Assembly (NCBI GenBank): GCA_034521735.1
Contig: JAXHLX010000032.1
Span: 33,280 to 97,279, forward strand
Length of the DNA stretch: 64,000 nucleotides
DNA from: Bacteroidales bacterium
GTDB lineage: Bacteria; Bacteroidota; Bacteroidia; Bacteroidales; VadinHA17
Reading direction: 5' to 3'
Shown: positions 49,647 to 57,141 of the stretch, in pieces
Numbering within the stretch: position 1 is the first letter of the stretch
Layout of the letters: the number at the start of each line of letters is the position of its first letter
The notes under the pieces: generated by a model
The model's input: only the letters and a program-made list of their open reading frames with translations
The model's database searches: none
Told to the model about the DNA's origin: nothing
Position numbers and translations under genes: made by a program

Positions 49647-49958
49647 ATGGCAACAAAAAATTATGCAGGAACCAATATTGAGGTAAACGAAGAAGGCTAT
49701 TTTACTGATCCTTCACAATGGACTAAAGATATCGCTAAGGAAATAGCAGCGGAAGAAGGTGTTGAACTGACAGATCAGCACTTTGAGGTGATTGAATTGC
49801 TGAGGCAGAAGAATGATGCCGGCGAAGCTCTCTCTATAAGGGGTATAAATAAATCCGGGGTAGTTGATGTAAAAACATTTTATAAGCTCTTTCCCGGTGC
49901 TCCTCTTAAAAAAGCAACGAAAATTGCAGGTATACCTAAACCTGCAAGCTGTGTTTAA
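49647..49958 (+). CDS. TusE/DsrC-family sulfur relay protein
   Basis: 103-aa ORF. 'NEEGYFTDPSQWTKDIA', 'LTDQHFEVIELLR', and a C-terminal '...GIPKPASCV' with the penultimate conserved Cys. The second DsrC Cys is absent, so it is TusE-like. Confidence 0.85.
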   Translation: MATKNYAGTNIEVNEEGYFTDPSQWTKDIAKEIAAEEGVELTDQHFEVIELLRQKNDAGEALSIRGINKSGVVDVKTFYKLFPGAPLKKATKIAGIPKPASCV

Positions 49959-49976
49959 TATTCTAAATCAAATAAT

Positions 49977-50480
49977 ATGAGTGAAAATAAGCATAAAATA
50001 AAAAAAGTAAATATCATATGTGCCAAAGGTAACATAGAAGATATCTATGCAGCCCTGGTACTTGGAAACGGTGCAGTAATGGAAGGTATTGAGGCAAACC
50101 TGTTCTTCACATTCTTCGGTCTTGAAGGTATAGTGAAGAAATGGATGAAAAAACCCCATACTGCTGTTATCGGCAATCCGGCCATGCGTATGCCCGGACT
50201 CGGAAGCCGTATGCCAACACTGATGGGAGTTATACCCGGGGTGGAAGCCATGGTTTCCGGAATGATGCGTAAGGGAATGGATAAACTGGACGTCCCTCCC
50301 ATCGATGAATTCTTTGAGCTGTACACAGCAGGCGGCGGCAAGATATTCGCCTGTAAGCTGGCAATGGACATGTTTAAGATCAAAGAAGATGAACTGTCAG
50401 AACATGTAAGCGGTGTGCTTACGGTAGGTGAGTTCTATGAACTTGCTGCTGGCGAGGACTCTCATATAATATTCACCTAG
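49977..50480 (+). CDS. DsrE/DsrF-like family sulfur-transfer protein
   Basis: 167-aa ORF. '[40 protein letters not shown]' and '[15 protein letters not shown]' fit the DsrE-fold pattern. Confidence 0.75.
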   Translation: MSENKHKIKKVNIICAKGNIEDIYAALVLGNGAVMEGIEANLFFTFFGLEGIVKKWMKKPHTAVIGNPAMRMPGLGSRMPTLMGVIPGVEAMVSGMMRKGMDKLDVPPIDEFFELYTAGGGKIFACKLAMDMFKIKEDELSEHVSGVLTVGEFYELAAGEDSHIIFT

Positions 50481-50514
50481 ACACTGCAGTAAGTACAATA
50501 ACATATTATCAGGT

Positions 50515-50547
50515 AAAAGGCCGCTTCATAGAAGTCGGCCTTTTCTC
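50515..50547 (+). terminator. Rho-independent terminator after the sulfur cluster
   Basis: AAAAGGCCG-(12 nt loop)-CGGCCTTTT followed by a T-rich tail, 35 nt after the DsrE-like stop. Confidence 0.7.
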
Positions 50548-50597
50548 ATTATATTATGCAGCATAAATCCGGTACTTTCATCTTTGTCAATAATTAT

Positions 50598-50605
50598 TAC
50601 ATTTG
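50598..50605 (+). promoter_or_regulatory. candidate -7 box (TACATTTG) for the AGCS symporter
   Basis: TAnnTTTG match 36 nt upstream of ATG 50641. Confidence 0.35.
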
Positions 50606-50640
50606 CTGAAACTAATTTTAGAAACCCTAAATCTGAAATA

Positions 50641-52449
50641 ATGCAGGCAATTAATGATTTTCTTATAGGACTTGACGGTTATATCGGAGGTCATCCCTGG
50701 TTTGTATTTCTACTGCTTGGAACAGGTATTTTCTTTACCCTTTACCTTGGTTTTCCCCAGATAAGGTATTTCAAACATGCTATCAGAATAGTAAAAGGGA
50801 AATACGACCATAGCCATGATGTAGGAGACACCAGCCATTTCCAGGCTCTTACAACAGCCCTTTCAGGTACGGTGGGAACAGGTAATATAGCCGGTGTGGC
50901 ACTGGCCATTCACCTTGGCGGTCCCGCTGCCCTTTTCTGGATGCTGGTAACAGCTATGATAGGTATGTGTACCAAGTTTGTGGAAGTCTCTATTTCCCAT
51001 AAGTATCGCGATATACTACCTGACGGCACCGTGTCAGGAGGCCCTATGTATTATATGAAGAAGAAGCTCAACTTTACAATGCCCAGCGGGAAAGTATTAA
51101 AGACAGGGGCCATAATGGGAGGTTTCTTTGCAGTGGCCACAGTACTCAGCTCTTTCGGTACGGGCAGCCTGCCGCAGATCAACAGCATATCAAACTCAGT
51201 GTTTGCCACCTTTGGGATTAACCATATGCTGACAGGGTTTATACTGGCTATATTGCTGGGTCTGGTTATCATAGGAGGTATAAAAAGGATAGCCCTGGTA
51301 ACATCAACACTGGTGCCGGCAATGGCTTTTATCTATCTTGTTGGTGCCCTGGCCGTCATATTTAAGAACTATGACCAGATCATCCCTTCTTTCGTAGCAA
51401 TATTCGGTGATGCCTTCTCAGGCGCCGCAGCCACAGGAGGTTTCCTGGGCGCCTCACTCTCATGGACCATTAACAGGGGTGTTAACAGGGGACTTTTCTC
51501 CAATGAGGCCGGACAGGGATCGGCTCCAATAGCCCACTCAGCAGCCAAGGCACCGGAACCTGTATCCGAGGGCATGGTTGCCATACTGGAGCCTTTTATT
51601 GACACAATAGTTATTTGTACCATTACCGGTCTTGTGTTGCTCTCTTCGGGTGTATGGAACGAAAAGCATATGAATGAATTCCAGACGGCAGATATGGAAT
51701 TTGTTGTGGGGAACTATAATGATAAAACAGAAGAAGACGTTGAAATATTAAGCAAGCATATAAGTAATAATGACAAGCTTCCCAAGCTGGATAAATATAA
51801 CGGTACCATTGAAGTTGAAGACGGAAAAATCATTACAGAAAATATAACATTGCTGCATGCTGAATCTGTTGCAGAAGATGTAAGTATCTATGAAGGTGAA
51901 AGTCCGTATACAGGAAGCCTGGAGATAGCGGGAGGAAAGCTCTTTGAACCTGAAGCAGAAAAGCCACCCTTTGGCCAGAGGATAAAAGCTTTCTTAGTTA
52001 AATCATCCTCGGAAAACATAATCATCAGCGGCAAATCGCTTATACACAGTGCCCCTCTAACAGCTGAAGCATTTAAAAGAGGCTTCCTGGGAAGCTGGGG
52101 ACAGTATATAGTGTCAATAGGCCTGCTGCTGTTCGCTTTCTCAACTGCAATATCATGGTCTTATTATGGCGACAGGGCACTGACCTACCTTTTTGGACCC
52201 AAATCGGTTATATACTACCGCATTGTCTATGTTGTAATGTTCTTTATAGCATCATTCACGGACACAACAATTATCTGGTCACTGTCATATATCACCATTG
52301 CACTGATGACCATACCCAACCTTGTTGGTCTGCTGGTACTGCATAAAGACATCAAAGGGATCATTAAGCAATACTGGACAGATTTCACAAATGATCACCC
52401 TGACGAAAAGATAAGCAGGAAGTATATAAGAAAAAACAGGGAGTTATAA
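50641..52449 (+). CDS. alanine/glycine:cation symporter (AGCS family)
   Basis: ATG 50641 ('[17 protein letters not shown]'; track start TTG 50584). Motif '[24 protein letters not shown]'. It contains a long hydrophilic insertion. Confidence 0.9.
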   Translation: MQAINDFLIGLDGYIGGHPWFVFLLLGTGIFFTLYLGFPQIRYFKHAIRIVKGKYDHSHDVGDTSHFQALTTALSGTVGTGNIAGVALAIHLGGPAALFWMLVTAMIGMCTKFVEVSISHKYRDILPDGTVSGGPMYYMKKKLNFTMPSGKVLKTGAIMGGFFAVATVLSSFGTGSLPQINSISNSVFATFGINHMLTGFILAILLGLVIIGGIKRIALVTSTLVPAMAFIYLVGALAVIFKNYDQIIPSFVAIFGDAFSGAAATGGFLGASLSWTINRGVNRGLFSNEAGQGSAPIAHSAAKAPEPVSEGMVAILEPFIDTIVICTITGLVLLSSGVWNEKHMNEFQTADMEFVVGNYNDKTEEDVEILSKHISNNDKLPKLDKYNGTIEVEDGKIITENITLLHAESVAEDVSIYEGESPYTGSLEIAGGKLFEPEAEKPPFGQRIKAFLVKSSSENIIISGKSLIHSAPLTAEAFKRGFLGSWGQYIVSIGLLLFAFSTAISWSYYGDRALTYLFGPKSVIYYRIVYVVMFFIASFTDTTIIWSLSYITIALMTIPNLVGLLVLHKDIKGIIKQYWTDFTNDHPDEKISRKYIRKNREL

Positions 52450-52509
52450 GAAACAGGGACTTACAAATATTAATGGGCGGCAGTCATAAGGAAGTCATGA
52501 GACCCTTCT

Positions 52510-53934
52510 TCATCTGCCGCCCTTTTTTCTTTGCAGCAGTGCAACATTCTCCACATGGTGAGTCTGCGGGAACATATCCACCGGCTGAACGGCTGTCACA
52601 TCATATCCCTGTGCAAGCAGGGCTATATCCCTTGCCTGCGTGGCAGGGTTACAGCTTATATACACTATTTTCTCAGCACCCGCTTCCAGTATAGTTCTTA
52701 TAACAGACTCATGCATGCCGGCCCTGGGCGGGTCTGTAATTATGATATCAGGACGCCCATGCTCATTCATAAAATCATCATTCAACAATTCTTTTATATC
52801 GCCGCTGAAAAAAGCAGTGTTTTCAATGCCGTTAATCTCTGAATTAAGCTTTGCATCGGCTATAGCTTCAGGCACATATTCCAGACCAATAACCTTCTTG
52901 CAATCCCTTGCAATATAGTTGGCAATGGTGCCTGTCCCGGTATAAAGATCATATACCGTCTCGCTACCCGTCAGACCGGCAAAACCCAGGGCCAGTGAGT
53001 ACAGCTTTTCGGCCTGGGCGGTGTTAGTCTGGAAAAAAGATTTGGGCCCTATCCTGAACTGCAACTCTCCCATCCTCTCGGTTATATAATCCTTACCTGA
53101 ATACAGTTTTACATCAAGGTCACTGAAAGTATCATTCAGCTTGGGATTAATAACATACATCAGTGATGTTATCTCAGGGAAGCTTTCCTGTATATACTTC
53201 ATCAGTCTTACGCGCTCAGGCTCATCCTCATGCTGCAGGTTGAGTATTACCATTGTCTCATCGTCTGATGCAGTACGTATGACGAGTGTGCGAAGAAAAC
53301 CTTTATGTTCTTTTGAATCATAAAACGCGAGTCCCCTGTCAAGTGCATATTCGCGTATGCTGTTTCTTATCCTGTCAGACAACTCATTCTGCAGGTAACA
53401 TTTATCCACATCAACCACCCTGGCAAACATACCCGGTATATGAAAGCCCAGGGCATTGCGGCCTTTTATATCCACATCTTTTCCAATCTCATCCTCTGTA
53501 AGCCAGCGCCTGTTTGAAAATGTAAACTCCAGCTTATTACGGTAATAATACTGTTTATCCGAGCCTTTGATGGGACTTATCTCCGGGAAATCAAACCTGC
53601 CTATACGGCTGAAATTATCATATACCTGCTGCTGTTTAAACCCAAGCTGCCTTTCATATGGCAGGTGCTGCCATTTGCAACCGCCGCACACACCAAAATG
53701 GCTGCAAGGGGCATCCTGTCTCATTTCAGAATACTTATGCTGCCGAACCACATATCCCTCCATGTAGTTCTTGCGCTTACGGGTAACCTGTATATCCACT
53801 ACATCGCCAGGAACCAGCATAGGTACAAACACAACCTTATCATCAACCCTGCCCAGTGCCTTCCCCTCTGCGCCTATAGCTGTTATCTCCACCTTCTCAA
53901 GCAATGGTTTTTTTCTTCTTGCCATACCGGTCAT
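52510..53934 (-). CDS. rlmD: 23S rRNA (uracil(1939)-C(5))-methyltransferase RlmD/RumA
   Basis: 474-aa ORF. TRAM domain, Fe-S cysteines 'CSHFGVCGGCKWQH', and SAM-MTase motifs 'DLYTGTGTI' and 'DPPRAG'. Confidence 0.9.
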   Translation of the reverse strand: MTGMARRKKPLLEKVEITAIGAEGKALGRVDDKVVFVPMLVPGDVVDIQVTRKRKNYMEGYVVRQHKYSEMRQDAPCSHFGVCGGCKWQHLPYERQLGFKQQQVYDNFSRIGRFDFPEISPIKGSDKQYYYRNKLEFTFSNRRWLTEDEIGKDVDIKGRNALGFHIPGMFARVVDVDKCYLQNELSDRIRNSIREYALDRGLAFYDSKEHKGFLRTLVIRTASDDETMVILNLQHEDEPERVRLMKYIQESFPEITSLMYVINPKLNDTFSDLDVKLYSGKDYITERMGELQFRIGPKSFFQTNTAQAEKLYSLALGFAGLTGSETVYDLYTGTGTIANYIARDCKKVIGLEYVPEAIADAKLNSEINGIENTAFFSGDIKELLNDDFMNEHGRPDIIITDPPRAGMHESVIRTILEAGAEKIVYISCNPATQARDIALLAQGYDVTAVQPVDMFPQTHHVENVALLQRKKGGR

Positions 53935-53992
53935 TTAATTATACGGCAAATGTAACAATAATGATCAATTGTTATTCAAAAACCACTGTCAG

Positions 53993-54454
53993 TTAACCCT
54001 GTAATGCCGGTTGAAAGCCATCAAAAAAGACTGCTATATAAGTAAGAGTTGAAATAAACAGAAAGTAGATAAAGGCAATAAATACTTTAATGGATTGCCT
54101 TGGCTTATCAGCCTCTGCGAAAGCATCAATAAACATTAAAATAGAGGATATAAGCAGAATAATATGAGAAACAATAAATAATATCCCGGCCCCGGGCCAG
54201 TGCTGTACTTTAAATGTAAAACTTACAAGAACAACGGCCATAGCAATTGCAACAATAATACCGTTTGTTTTTTCCATGCCGCTTTTCAGAAGTGGTGCTC
54301 CATTTGTCAGAAAAAACAAAAGAAACACCAGGCCTACCAACGCTCCAAGTGTAATTAATATTCCGGCACCCGGCCAGTGAAAATTTTTGAAAACAATTCC
54401 TGCAAAAAAGATAATTGCCGAAATAAGGCTGAGAGATAAGGAACCCTTTTTCAT
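53993..54454 (-). CDS. small membrane protein with duplicated 'F-K-x-x-H-W-P-G-A-G-I-L' motif
   Basis: 153-aa, four-TM ORF. 'FKNFHWPGAGILI' and 'FKVQHWPGAGILF' each precede a TM helix. The motif resembles the N-terminal helix of GldL-type proteins (from memory, low certainty). Confidence 0.6.
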   Translation of the reverse strand: MKKGSLSLSLISAIIFFAGIVFKNFHWPGAGILITLGALVGLVFLLFFLTNGAPLLKSGMEKTNGIIVAIAMAVVLVSFTFKVQHWPGAGILFIVSHIILLISSILMFIDAFAEADKPRQSIKVFIAFIYFLFISTLTYIAVFFDGFQPALQG

Positions 54455-54627
54455 GATTTTTTGATTTGGTTAATAATTGTTTTAGAGGAAAAGATATTTC
54501 AATTTATCGTATACTCTGCTGAGGTTTAGTAGTCTGCTCCGAATAAGCAATTTAGGAAATTGTATTATACAGGCCAAAATTATTTGGATGAATCAATCTA
54601 AGATCATAAAAATTTCATCTGAAAAAA

Positions 54628-54712
54628 GGGGATTACTCGTCACTTCGTTCCTCGTGATCCCGGAAGGCAAACCAAAAGGGATTACTCGTCACTACGGTTC
54701 CTCGTGATCCCC
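54628..54712 (+). repeat. two direct copies (A 54628-54661, B 54678-54712) of a ~34-nt imperfect palindromic element GGGGATTACTCGTCAC-TTCG-TTCCTCGTGATCCC
   Basis: Read directly. The ends GGGATTAC/GTGATCCC pair, with one T-G wobble. Copies C and D lie inverted at 56377-56502. Confidence 0.85.
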
Positions 54713-54726
54713 AGTGGAGGTAGCTT

Positions 54727-54862
54727 CAAAGCATTTGCAGCCAAACGTCTTACGACGTTTTTTACAGGTTCCGGCTCCTTACAAATGCAAGCATTTGACG
54801 GGGCCGGAGCCTGTAAAACAAAAACCCGTGCGGGACACGGGTTTTTGTCTGCAAATGCTTTG
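54727..54862 (+). other. compact four-way-junction (cloverleaf-shaped) structured element, candidate ncRNA or composite terminator
   Basis: P1 is 54727-54740 with 54849-54862 (14 bp). P2 is AAACGTC-TTAC-GACGTTT (54743-54760). P3 is 54761-54778 with 54800-54817 (18 bp, two T-G wobbles on the plus strand) enclosing CAAATGC-AA-GCATTTG. P4 is 54820-54830 with 54836-54846 (11 bp). Linkers are 0-2 nt. Confidence 0.5.
54820..54846 (-). terminator. hairpin terminator downstream of tRNA-Ser (bidirectional type)
   Basis: AAAAACCCGTG-CGGGA-CACGGGTTTTT, a perfect 11-bp stem flanked by A and T runs, 15 nt after the tRNA 3' end. Confidence 0.7.
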
Positions 54863-54951
54863 GCGGAGAGAGGGGATTCGAACCCCCGGTACCCTTTTTC
54901 GGGTACGCTGGTTTAGCAAACCAGTGGTTTCAGCCACTCACCCACCTCTCC
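54861..54951 (-). tRNA. tRNA-Ser (anticodon GCU)
   Basis: Minus strand GGAGAGGTGGGTGAGTGGCTGAAACCACTGGTTTGCTAAACCAGCGTACCCGAAAAAGGGTACCGGGGGTTCGAATCCCCTCTCTCCGCCA. It has an acceptor stem, a 3-bp D stem, anticodon loop TTGCTAA, a long variable arm, a TTCGAAT T-loop and an encoded CCA. The T-stem has 5 G opposite 4 C. Confidence 0.88.
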
Positions 54952-55235
54952 TGGTGTGCATGAATGTCAATTTTTCAGCCTGACAAAAATAGAAAAACAA
55001 AACTAAAACAGCAAAGTAATTATTACAGATATTTATTTTGTTTTATTCACTTCAAAAACCTGTAATATATGCTCGTCAGATAAGCTGATAACTTGTCAGG
55101 TATTCAATTTAATCCATTTATTTATTCAGAATCAAGACATCATAAATGATTTTTCTCGCATTTATACTCAATAATATATTGATTTATAAAGCACATATCT
55201 TATATTTATAATGTAAATATCCATAAACTGACAGA

Positions 55236-55442
55236 ATGACAAAAAAAATAATAATACTTGAAAATGAATTCCAGGCACAGAGAATAAGAGAAATACTTGA
55301 TAGTGAAAGCGTGCCTCATATTATCAGAAGCTTTCGCGGTTCGGCTTTTGACGGCCTGTACCAGGAAACCAAGGGCTGGGGAGCAGTGATAGCAGATGAA
55401 GAGTATGAAGAACGGATTCTTGAACTGTACAAGCGGATGTGA
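55236..55442 (+). CDS. small hypothetical protein (68 aa)
   Basis: ATG ORF in the low-GC islet with a balanced, soluble-looking composition. No family confidently recognised. Confidence 0.4.
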   Translation: MTKKIIILENEFQAQRIREILDSESVPHIIRSFRGSAFDGLYQETKGWGAVIADEEYEERILELYKRM

Positions 55443-55610
55443 CAGTTTACACTTATTTAATCAATGATTGAAAAGCAAAAGAACTGTGTGCCATTGTTGC
55501 CAAAAAATCTGTATTCCTGATTACGAAAATTTATGCAGTTTTAATTTCCTTTTACGGAGGTGTTAGATTTCATTATTTAATATTGTTTTAGCATTAATAA
55601 CTGCAGTACA

Positions 55611-56015
55611 ATGAAAAGCAATAATCCGGTTTTCTTAGTCTCGAAGATATGGCAAATTATTGAGCTTGCCGGATTGCTTTTTTTAATCCCTGTAATTTTC
55701 CTTTTTGGTCTTTTATTTACAGGTGATTCATACACTGTTTTTAATTTTGTGAATTCATACCTTATCACAGGCATTGCCATTTTCTTCTTTATTAAAATTA
55801 TTGTTCTCATAGCATTTATAAGGTTGAAATCGTGGTCGCTATATTTTAATTTCATTCAAAATATAATTTTAGCCGGAATTATCATACTACTTTTGATACT
55901 GACCATCTCATCAGATGCATTCTCATTCTTACAGGTTTTATTTTTGATTCTCTTCATGTTATTAAGCTGGATCAATTACCGTTGCATTAGGGTGTATAAA
56001 GAGGAAATAAAATAA
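55611..56015 (+). CDS. hypothetical membrane protein (about 4 TM)
   Basis: 134-aa hydrophobic ORF. The antisense ORF 55577..55855 is less plausible. Confidence 0.45.
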   Translation: MKSNNPVFLVSKIWQIIELAGLLFLIPVIFLFGLLFTGDSYTVFNFVNSYLITGIAIFFFIKIIVLIAFIRLKSWSLYFNFIQNIILAGIIILLLILTISSDAFSFLQVLFLILFMLLSWINYRCIRVYKEEIK

Positions 56016-56098
56016 TTCTAAACGCGTACACAGTAATACTCCACAGCTTGTGTGCCTATTATTTTATAATATTCTATTGCAAAACCGAAATGCTTTTA

Positions 56099-56106
56099 TA
56101 ATTTTG
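56099..56106 (+). promoter_or_regulatory. candidate -7 box (TAATTTTG) for tRNA-Pro
   Basis: TAnnTTTG match 53 nt upstream of the tRNA 5' end. Confidence 0.35.
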
Positions 56107-56158
56107 CGGAGCTTTATAAGTAAGTGAACCTCCTTCGCTAAAGCTACGGAGGTCAGTG

Positions 56159-56233
56159 CGGGGTATAGCGCAGTCCGGTTAGCGCACCTGCTTTGGGAGC
56201 AGGGGGTCGGAGGTTCGAATCCTCCTACCCCGA
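56159..56233 (+). tRNA. tRNA-Pro (anticodon UGG)
   Basis: CGGGGTA-TA-GCGC-AGTCCGGTTA-GCGC-A-CCTGC-TTTGGGA-GCAGG-GGGTC-GGAGG-TTCGAAT-CCTCC-TACCCCG-A. This is a perfect cloverleaf; CCA is not encoded. Confidence 0.93.
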
Positions 56234-56248
56234 CAAAACACAAAAAGG

Positions 56249-56272
56249 CCAGTACGACAGTACTGGTTTTTT
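56249..56272 (+). terminator. Rho-independent terminator after tRNA-Pro
   Basis: CCAGTAC-GACA-GTACTGG followed by TTTTTT. Confidence 0.75.
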
Positions 56273-56376
56273 ATTTACAGGAGACCGTCAAAAACTTGTT
56301 TTTGTAAGGGCGATTGGAAATAAAAGGCTGACTGCCGCAGGCAGTGGCCTTTTTGTGTTTTAGATAACCCCAACAA

Positions 56377-56502
56377 GGATCACGAGGAACGAAGTGACGA
56401 GTAATCCCCTTAACTGAATGAAATAAAGGGAATTAGGATCACGAGGAACGAAGCCCGCACTTCGCCGCAGGCTGCGGCGGGCGAAGTGACGAGTAATCCC
56501 CC
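56377..56502 (-). repeat. two copies (C 56377-56409, D 56436-56502) of the palindromic element, inverted relative to copies A and B; D carries a nested 33-nt GC-rich hairpin insertion
   Basis: C is GGATCACGAGGAACGAAGTGACGAGTAATCCCC. D is GGATCACGAGGAACGAAG[CCCGCACTTCGCCGCAGGCTGCGGCGGGCGAAG]TGACGAGTAATCCCCC. CGAAG is duplicated at both ends of the insert. Confidence 0.85.
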
Positions 56503-56689
56503 TTCTTTATATAAGTTTTGAAGATGTTTACTGATAGCCGGCACATTGACATCAAAAAGCTCTGCCATTTTTTTCTGTGTAAGCCATATAGTTTCATTGT
56601 AGAGATACACTTCAAAATAGACTATCCCGTCAGACCCTTTGTACACCAAAAACTCCTGGTATTTTCCCGGTTGGTTGGTTATAGCTCAT
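56500..56689 (-). pseudogene. RhuM-family protein remnant (N-terminal ~60 aa only, also frameshifted)
   Basis: '...YQEFLVYKGSDGIVYFEVYLYNETIWLTQKKMAELFDVNVPAISKHLQNLYKEGG' matches the RhuM N-terminus from memory. ATG 56689 ('MSYNQPTGK') is in another frame. The reading frame then runs into repeat copy D. Confidence 0.6.
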
Positions 56690-56759
56690 TTTGTTAAATA
56701 TCCAAACTGCAACTCAAGAATGATTTTTCTTCATCTTTATTAACCTTCTTGTCAAACTA

Positions 56760-57074
56760 TTAAAAATAATAATTTATTTCCACTGCAATAAAGATTACAT
56801 TCAAACCCATGCCCAGTGCAAAAGTTTTTCCATAGCTTTTGCCGGCCTCGTCCTCACTTACTTCTCCGGTTTTTACCAGATCTGCCCCAAGCTTCAGGCT
56901 TTCCAGTTTTTGTGTTATTTCTGAATTTTCGCCGAAATGAAAGATAAACAGCCTGCGGTTTTCTATATCGAATTGCAGTTGACGGATGCCGTCAACCTCA
57001 TCCAGTTTCATACGGATAAGGTTCTCTTCCGAGGGGCAATCCATTTCCGGGATATTGTATATTGATTTTTGCAT
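56760..57074 (-). pseudogene. cation diffusion facilitator remnant: HMA-like N-terminal domain plus first TM helix only
   Basis: 'IYNIPEMDCPSEENLIRMKLDEVDGIRQLQFDIENRRLFIFH', then '...FALGMGLNVIFIAVEI' and a stop. Full-length relatives (from memory) continue for about 200 more residues. Nothing CDF-like follows in any frame. Confidence 0.5.
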
Positions 57075-57141
57075 TTTCTCCTTCGTAATAGTTATACAGC
57101 CTGTATTATTCTTTCAAGTTTGAACCTGTTCTCAGTGGCTA

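Noticed and set aside
54628-56502. Invertible (recombinase-driven) DNA segment between the inverted repeat pairs.
   Set aside because: No invertase or recombinase gene lies in or near the segment, and inversion would not switch any obvious promoter. It is reported as a repeat architecture only, with inversion as something to check.
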